DNA of 32,000 bases from Calothrix sp. PCC 7716 (GTDB lineage Bacteria; Cyanobacteriota; Cyanobacteriia; Cyanobacteriales; Nostocaceae): NCBI GenBank assembly GCA_019977735.1, contig AP025018.1, forward strand, positions 4,746,580-4,778,579, written 5' to 3'. Within the stretch, counting starts at the first letter, position 1. Every line of letters starts with the position of its first letter. The translations under genes and the position numbers were made by a program. This document shows, piece by piece, positions 26,306-32,000 of this stretch. The notes below the pieces were generated by a model. The model made no database searches, was not told the DNA's origin, and worked only from the letters and a program-made list of their open reading frames with translations.

Positions 26306-28474
26306 ATGTTAAACACGCTACTCATCGCCTCCAACAGCGTGATCTCGCTGTGCTATTTTATCATTGCTTTTTTAATTTTGCTTCCATACCTGCGGGGGGA
26401 GCAAAAAACAAGTCTTGTGCTAGCCACCATTTGTGTCTTTTTTAGTTGCGCCCTTGGACACGGCGGGCATGTCTTGATGATGGCACTCTCTAATAGTGCT
26501 TATTCTCCACTAATACTAAAGGGACAGCTCATCGTTGACTCTATGACGGCTTGCATTGCTATCACCTATATTGCCCTGCGACGGTATTTTTCTTTTTTAG
26601 TTGATGGGCCACTGCTGTTGAACCAAACACAAGAAAGATTGGAAAAAGCTAATTTGGAATTGCAGAACTTGAATACCAAACTCGAAGCGGCGGTTTTGCA
26701 AAGAACCCTTGAACTATCCAAAGCCAACGAAGAGTTAGCAGCTAAAGCGGCGGAGCGCAAAGACATGATCGCGGCACTTAAACGCAGCAACGCTTTTTTG
26801 CAAGCCCAGCAGGAAGCAGGTGTCGATGGCATATTAGTGGTCGATGAAAATAATCAAGTGGTCTTTTACAACCAAAAGTTTTATCAAACTTGGCAAATCC
26901 CTGAAGAACTTGTACAGCAGAGGGATGACCGTAAAATTCTGGAACTGGTGATTACTCGACCTCTCAACGGGCAAGAGTTTATCGAGAAAGTAGATTATCT
27001 ATATAGACATAAAGAAATGGTCAGCAGGGACGAAATTATCCTTAAAGATGGACGCACTTTAGATCGCTACACCACCCCTATTTATTCGGGAAACATTTAC
27101 TACGGACGAATTTGGTTTTTTCGCGACATCAGTGAATTTAAAATTATGGAGGAGGAGCTAAGACAGGCGCAAGATTTTCTGAAACTGATTATCAACCTCA
27201 TGCCTCAAGCGCTGGCGTGGAAAGATCGAAATTCAGTTTATTTAGGTTGTAATCAAAAGTTAGCGGCCATTGCCGGATTAACTAAACCTGAAGAAATTAT
27301 TGGTAAAACTGACTACGATTTGGCTTGGAAAAAGGAGGAGGCTGATTTCTTTCGCCAGTGCGATAGACAAGTTATGGACAGCAATCAAGCTAAGTTGCAT
27401 ATAATAGAGTCTAAACAACAAGCGGGCGGCAAACAAGCGTGGCTCGATACTAGTAAAATTCCCTTGCACGATAAGATAGGACAAGTTATCGGTATTTTAG
27501 CAGTCATTGATGATATTACTGAGCGTAAGGCCGCTTCCGACGCGCTAATTGCTTCCGAGGCTTTATTGAAACAGAAAACAGTGGAACTAGAAGCAACTTT
27601 ATCGGAATTGAAGCAAGCTCAAATTCATTTAATTCAAAGCGAGAAGATGTTGGCACTGGGACAACTGGTCGCCGGAATTGCTCACGAGATTAATAATCCA
27701 GTTAATTTTATTTATGGCAATCTGCCTCATATTAATGAATATGTGCAGGATTTAATTAATTTATTACAAGCTTATCAGCAAGAGCATTTAAACCCGTCTC
27801 AGAACTTACTTTTGCAAGTAGCAGAAGTGGACTGCGAGTATTTACTAGAGGATTTACCCAAGCTCCTAAGTTCCATGAAAATGGGAGCAGATCGAATTCG
27901 AGAAATTGTTTTGTCGCTGCGTAACTTTTCCCGTCTTGATGAAGCAGACATGAAAGAAGTCGATATTCACGAGGGACTAGATTCGACGCTGTTGATTATT
28001 CAAAATAGATTGAAAAATAAGCTAGGGACTAAAATTAAAGTTCTGAAAAACTATAGTAATTTACCACCCGTAGAGTGCTATGCGGGGCAGTTAAATCAAG
28101 TGTTTATGAACGTGCTTTGTAACGCCATTGACGCTTTAGAAAGCGAAATTGACAACGCTAGTCCTACTATTGAAATCAGTACCTATTTACAAGAGGAATT
28201 ACAAGCAGCAGACAAGCAGGCAGAAAATAAACCACCACAAAAGAAACGAGTAATTATCACCATTACCGATAATGGTGCTGGTATTGCCGAAGATACCCAA
28301 GCTCAGATTTTCAACCCCTTCTTTACCACTAAAGAGGTAGGTAAGGGTACAGGTCTTGGACTCTCTATTAGTTATCAAATCGTGGTGAAGAAACACAAAG
28401 GTGTTTTTACCTTTAGCTCTAAACCGGGAAGGACTGAATTTTATATTGAAATACCGCTAGTACAAATGAAATAG
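26306..28474 (+). CDS. membrane-anchored PAS sensor histidine kinase
   Basis: 722 aa. N-terminal multi-TM region (ISLCYFIIAFLILLPYL, LVLATICVFFSCALGHG, ...), coiled coil, PAS blocks. H-box LVAGIAHEINNPVNFIYGNL. N-box VFMNVLCNAIDAL, G1 DNGAGI, G2 GKGTGLGLSISYQIV. Confidence 0.9.
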   Translation: MLNTLLIASNSVISLCYFIIAFLILLPYLRGEQKTSLVLATICVFFSCALGHGGHVLMMALSNSAYSPLILKGQLIVDSMTACIAITYIALRRYFSFLVDGPLLLNQTQERLEKANLELQNLNTKLEAAVLQRTLELSKANEELAAKAAERKDMIAALKRSNAFLQAQQEAGVDGILVVDENNQVVFYNQKFYQTWQIPEELVQQRDDRKILELVITRPLNGQEFIEKVDYLYRHKEMVSRDEIILKDGRTLDRYTTPIYSGNIYYGRIWFFRDISEFKIMEEELRQAQDFLKLIINLMPQALAWKDRNSVYLGCNQKLAAIAGLTKPEEIIGKTDYDLAWKKEEADFFRQCDRQVMDSNQAKLHIIESKQQAGGKQAWLDTSKIPLHDKIGQVIGILAVIDDITERKAASDALIASEALLKQKTVELEATLSELKQAQIHLIQSEKMLALGQLVAGIAHEINNPVNFIYGNLPHINEYVQDLINLLQAYQQEHLNPSQNLLLQVAEVDCEYLLEDLPKLLSSMKMGADRIREIVLSLRNFSRLDEADMKEVDIHEGLDSTLLIIQNRLKNKLGTKIKVLKNYSNLPPVECYAGQLNQVFMNVLCNAIDALESEIDNASPTIEISTYLQEELQAADKQAENKPPQKKRVIITITDNGAGIAEDTQAQIFNPFFTTKEVGKGTGLGLSISYQIVVKKHKGVFTFSSKPGRTEFYIEIPLVQMK

Positions 28475-28640
28475 AAAAGTTTTTTAAAATTGTTGTATAA
28501 AAATGGTTCTTTCGTACATAGCGTGCTAAATTTTAATTAAAATCTATCAATTATGCTTTATTTACAAGGCTTACAGGCACTTATATTTTCAATTTAAGCA
28601 AGGAATACTGTCAATACTGCTCGGTTAAGAATTTTCCTTA

Positions 28641-28883
28641 TTGTTTTTGGGATGTAGAGACGCGTTCACGGAGTACGCATTGATTTCTAAAATTAGAAAC
28701 TATTCTGATGGCATAATTTGCAAAATGCCTGCGATTGCTTTGACTGCGCTTGCTGATAATGACTCAAGAGATTTAGCAATAGACCAAGGATTTGATACTA
28801 TTGTCTTTAAGCCATGTGATTTTGATTTACTAATTGAAACTGTCAAGATAATTATTATAAATTACAACCTGCCACGTATTTAG
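28641..28883 (+). pseudogene. response-regulator receiver domain, C-terminal fragment only
   Basis: 80-aa ORF beginning at TTG. ...YALISKIRN...MPAIALTALADNDSRDLAIDQGFDTIVFKPCDFDLLIETV corresponds to alpha3-alpha5 of a REC domain. The phospho-acceptor Asp region and the N-terminal half are missing. Confidence 0.65.
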
Positions 28884-29049
28884 TTAGTCGTGACTCACTC
28901 CCGAAAAGGTGTGGTGCCATGATAACTCAACAAGTTTAAGCGTTTATGGCGCCGCAGTTCCAAAGATGTTTAACTATTTAATTAATTCTCCCTCGTGAGT
29001 TATGTAATTACTTTTCGTCTTAATTCTTGGTATACTTCTATATCTTTCC

Positions 29050-29133
29050 GTAAGAATTCAGGTAACCAGTGGGTGCCTCCTCTCCAAGACTTTAAGCGAG
29101 TGACACCCGAAGGGTGTCACGGCGCCATAAAAA
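29050..29133. repeat. IS left terminal inverted repeat (contains hairpin GTGACACCC-GAA-GGGTGTCAC)
   Basis: GTAAGAATTCAGGTAACCAGTGGGTGCCTCC...GTGACACCCGAAGGGTGTCACGGCGCCATAAAAA matches the reverse complement of 30801-30884 at 76 of 84 positions. Confidence 0.85.
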
Positions 29134-29249
29134 CGCTCATAAAAAAGTATAAACAGAACTTAAGAGAAAAGATAACAATTACTTTAAGGCGCACGTTTTA
29201 ACAAAACGTATATAGGTACAGAAATTTTACCCATAATCAAGGTCGTAAT

Positions 29250-30716
29250 TTAAGGAATTAAAGATGGTGCTTGTATTTTTGGGTTGACGATTGCTTGTAG
29301 AGCTTGCTCAAAAAATTCAATCACGGAACGCCCTTGGCGCCGACAAGTTTGTACAATCGTCAATAAATTAGCAGTATGTTGGAACCGCTCCATAGAACGA
29401 GAACCTCCACTAACTTTTCTTTTTGTTACAGCTAAACGTAACGTTCGTTCCGCTTGATTATTATCAGGTGGTATCTCTGGATGTTCTAAAAAGTACCACC
29501 ATTGATGTGCTTTGTCTCGCAAACAACGTAAAAGCTTGCCCGCTTCGCCTCCCGCTGTATCAATCCATTCATTTATGGAAGATTCGACTTTTACTTTAAA
29601 CTCAGATGCCCAACTAAAGAAATCCAAAATATCTTGTTCTTGTTGGAACTCCGCGTAGTGTCTAAACGCTTCATCGATTAACTTGACAAAAGCTTCCCCT
29701 ATTTTTAGGTTGTTTAAGCCAGGAAGTTTCATTAATTTTTTGAAGTGGCGCCGTAAATGCGCTAGACATTTTTGTTGGGCTTTTACATCATAGCCGTTAT
29801 AAACACTATAATCGTCAGAACTAAGCACACCATTATAATTTGGTCCAAGAATCATTTCTAGCTCCGCGCGCGAGCGAGTGTCTGCCGCATGGAACAAGGC
29901 AAAATCAGTATTTGCAAAAATCCACAACCATTCTTTTACACCTTTAACAATCCAAGGTGTTTCATCAGAATGTATGTTTGGTTGATTATCTTGTATCCAG
30001 TCTTTAAGGTCTGAGACGCTTTTACTGATTGCTGCATCTATTCTTTCATTTGTAGTAACAAGGGTTCCAACCCCAATTTCAATCTTCCCTAACTCCCACA
30101 AAAGCTCTTGTTGCTTTTCATAGGACAAATGTCCATAATTATTCATCCACCCCAACAAAGCCTGTAAATTTATTCCTAAGTCTTGACCCGGAACCATATT
30201 AATAGACCAGTCTGCAGTTTGCTCGGTACCGCAATTCCCGCATAAACATGTATGGCGATGATACTCAACTATTTCAATTGGGCGCTCCACCAACTGCGCT
30301 ACTTGCTGTGTTTCAATTTTTATTGGCTCTGTTACAAAACACGCATTGCCGCAGCAGCTACAAACTTCTGGGCGTAAAATTTCCAAACGGTCAACTCTGC
30401 CAAAACCCTTACGGGTTTTACCCACGTGACCTGGTTGACCTCCTGGTTTACGTTTTGGCGCCTCTGGGTCTGAGTTGGTATTATCTTCTTTCTTTTCTGG
30501 TTTTTTAAGGATATCTCCAGATGGAGGTTTTGATGAGGTTTTGCTATCTAGGCTTTGACTTACTTTTAGCCGCTTTACTTCGGCTTCAAGCTCTGTAATT
30601 ACTTTTTTTAATTCTTGAATTGACTCGCCCTGCTCAATTACCATATCCACCAGTTGTTCCTGTGGCAACTGGAAGAGGTTTTCGCGACTTAGTTTGAGAG
30701 GCTCGTTTTTATCCAT
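29250..30716 (-). CDS. IS66-family transposase (TnpC-type DDE)
   Basis: 488 aa. N-terminal leucine-zipper-like helix (ELEAEVKRLKV), Cys cluster CSCCGNAC...HRHTCLCGNCG. DDE-type blocks SDETPW, LSSDDYSVYN, CLAHLRRHF, NNQAERTLR, typical of IS66 transposases. Confidence 0.9.
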   Translation of the reverse strand: MDKNEPLKLSRENLFQLPQEQLVDMVIEQGESIQELKKVITELEAEVKRLKVSQSLDSKTSSKPPSGDILKKPEKKEDNTNSDPEAPKRKPGGQPGHVGKTRKGFGRVDRLEILRPEVCSCCGNACFVTEPIKIETQQVAQLVERPIEIVEYHRHTCLCGNCGTEQTADWSINMVPGQDLGINLQALLGWMNNYGHLSYEKQQELLWELGKIEIGVGTLVTTNERIDAAISKSVSDLKDWIQDNQPNIHSDETPWIVKGVKEWLWIFANTDFALFHAADTRSRAELEMILGPNYNGVLSSDDYSVYNGYDVKAQQKCLAHLRRHFKKLMKLPGLNNLKIGEAFVKLIDEAFRHYAEFQQEQDILDFFSWASEFKVKVESSINEWIDTAGGEAGKLLRCLRDKAHQWWYFLEHPEIPPDNNQAERTLRLAVTKRKVSGGSRSMERFQHTANLLTIVQTCRRQGRSVIEFFEQALQAIVNPKIQAPSLIP

Positions 30717-30800
30717 AATGAAAGATAATCTGCCCTCATGTTACCTTTGTCAAGACCCACCAGACCAACCGCAGCGTTTTTTACGTACTTGTTTATTTAA

Positions 30801-30884
30801 TTTTTATGGCACCGTGACACCCTTCGGGTGTCACTCGCTTAAAGTTTTGTGGAGGAGGTGCCCACTGGTCACCTGAATCCTTAC
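30801..30884. repeat. IS right terminal inverted repeat
   Basis: Reverse complement of 29050-29133 with 8 mismatches. Ends ...CCTGAATCCTTAC. Confidence 0.85.
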
Positions 30885-31002
30885 GATACAATCGTTTATC
30901 TGACTGAAAGTACCTCAACATGTCATTAATTTCGCAATAACTCACAAAAAGCGTCTCAATTAATGGAATAATGGTTTAGATATTAATTAAGCTTGGTCGA
31001 TT

Positions 31003-32000
31003 ATGCGAGACTTTAGCCAACTTTTAAATGAACGCTCTCAAACAATTGTTTCGCAATGGGTAAAGGCAGTTGCTCAAAGCCGAGAGATTACAAGTACAGA
31101 TGGAATGTCTCGCTCTGCCATTCGTAATCATATCGATCAAGTTCTGGCGGCACTGGTATCTGTTTTGGCACAAGATCAACAAAGTGACGTACCTCTAGCT
31201 ATCACAGCCAGCTTGACACATGGAAAATGGCGGGCAGATCAAGGATTTGATCCGGCAGAAATTGCTCAAGAGTATCGTTTACTGCGATTAACAATTCAAG
31301 CCGCAATTCAGCCAGATTTAATGCAAGGAACAGCACAGGAAGCCGTGAGAGCGATGACCATGATTGATGAAGTAATCGATACGGCGATTGCTTATTGCTT
31401 TCAAAGTTACGTTGCCGAACGCATTGAAGAACTCGGTCAAATTCAGGAACAGTTAAATATTACTATCAAAGAACTGACTCGCTTAGTCAAAGCCAGCCAA
31501 GACAATCTTTCGATGCTTGCCCATGAGGTCAAGTCACCTTTATCTGCCATTATAGGCTACGCTGAACTGTTTTTGCGACAACAACGGATGCAGCAACGAG
31601 ACACGATATTAAACTATGAAGCGATCAAGCGCATTATTCGTGCCGGACAAGGGTTACTACACCTGATCAACGATACTTTAGAACTCTCCCGTGCCAGTGA
31701 TGGAGCGATGAAAATTAATCCGGTAAAGATTTCAGTTTCAGAGTTATTGGATAGCATAATCTCAATTATGCAACCCTTGGCGCTCGACCGCAGTTTAGAA
31801 CTTATATTACAGATTGACGATGCACCGGAAACAGTGGTGAGCGATTCGATTAAGCTCCAACAAGTTCTTATTAATCTAATCGCAAATTCAATTCAATATA
31901 CTCAAGTCGGCAGCATCAGTATCACCTGTTGGTGTCCCACACCCGATCTATGGGCAGTTGCAGTGGCAGATACTGGTGTAGGAATTGCACCAGAGGAGCA
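31003..32000 (+). CDS. sensor histidine kinase, 5'-partial view (runs off the window)
   Basis: Not in the ORF track because it is open at the window end. My translation from ATG 31003: MRDFSQLLNERSQTIVSQWVKAV... (RsbRD-N-like sensor helix bundle), H-box LSMLAHEVKSPLSAIIGYAELF, N-box LINLIANSIQYT, G1 ADTGVGI at the window edge. Confidence 0.8.
   Translation, partial: MRDFSQLLNERSQTIVSQWVKAVAQSREITSTDGMSRSAIRNHIDQVLAALVSVLAQDQQSDVPLAITASLTHGKWRADQGFDPAEIAQEYRLLRLTIQAAIQPDLMQGTAQEAVRAMTMIDEVIDTAIAYCFQSYVAERIEELGQIQEQLNITIKELTRLVKASQDNLSMLAHEVKSPLSAIIGYAELFLRQQRMQQRDTILNYEAIKRIIRAGQGLLHLINDTLELSRASDGAMKINPVKISVSELLDSIISIMQPLALDRSLELILQIDDAPETVVSDSIKLQQVLINLIANSIQYTQVGSISITCWCPTPDLWAVAVADTGVGIAPEE

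Larger units (their letters stand above)
29050..30884 (-). mobile_element. IS66-family insertion sequence, single-ORF type (ISBst12-like organisation), about 1835 bp
   Basis: Imperfect 84-bp terminal inverted repeats (76/84) that begin with GTAAG, as IS66-family ends do. Encloses one transposase ORF. No tnpA/tnpB accessory ORFs. Confidence 0.85.

Noticed and set aside
25715-26445. ORFs 25715..25915 and 26263..26445.
   Set aside because: The first sits in the structured non-coding spacer with poor composition. The second is an alternative frame over the start of the well-supported kinase gene 26306..28474.
21315-28396. Antisense ORFs inside the kinase genes (21315..21521, 26566..26832, 27278..27484, 28199..28396).
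   Set aside because: They are nested opposite long genes with complete kinase motif sets, and no independent evidence supports them.
28995-29201. ORF 28995..29201 (+), and likewise 30694..30876 (+) and 30248..30508 (+).
   Set aside because: They run through the IS terminal repeats or antisense to the transposase gene. They have no motifs and are explained by the IS structure.
29042-30892. An 8-bp target-site duplication for the IS66-family element.
   Set aside because: The flanks ATCTTTCC and GATACAAT (or TATCTTTC/ATACAATC if shifted by 1) do not match, so no duplication can be claimed.
1-32000. Canonical cyanobacterial HIP1 (GCGATCGC).
   Set aside because: I scanned for GATCGC/CGATCG cores and found no full GCGATCGC. 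The iterated palindrome here is GGCGCC instead.

Overview
This is probably cyanobacterial accessory DNA, plasmid- or island-like. Supporting signs are heptamer tandem repeats, an Rpn/DUF4351-type nuclease and PAS-rich histidine kinases. No rRNA, tRNA or CRISPR was recognised.

**Left part (1-12.9 kb).** A tightly packed minus-strand operon of nine mostly small membrane proteins ends in an NlpC/P60 peptidase. It is followed by a GNAT acetyltransferase, an Rpn-type PD-(D/E)XK nuclease, a winged-helix candidate replication protein and two ribbon-helix-helix (RHH) regulators.

**Main finding (12,875-19,580).** A ~6.7 kb AT-rich element has split a DUF3102-like/coiled-coil gene.
- It carries three translationally coupled tyrosine recombinases of Tn554 TnpA/TnpB type, a TnpC-like fusion protein and a complete DnaB-family helicase.
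- The two gene halves rejoin in frame across a 7-bp direct repeat (AGTTTGG).
- The insertion point lies inside a TGGCGCCA palindrome.

**GGCGCC over-representation.** I count 41 copies by eye, against roughly 2 expected from base composition. The distribution is patchy: dense in the plasmid-like backbone, nearly absent from the inserted element, sparse in the kinase region.

**Right part (20.8-32 kb).** PAS histidine-kinase genes show decay, including an out-of-frame HATPase/receiver junction and an orphan receiver fragment. There is also a 1.7 kb ORF-free structured spacer, and a single-ORF IS66-family element with 84-bp inverted repeats that contain a hairpin.

**Other.** One RHH gene contains a correctly phased G_GGA_AAG -1 frameshift heptamer whose -1 frame gives a more convincing C-terminus.

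All homology statements are motif recognition by eye. No searches were run.
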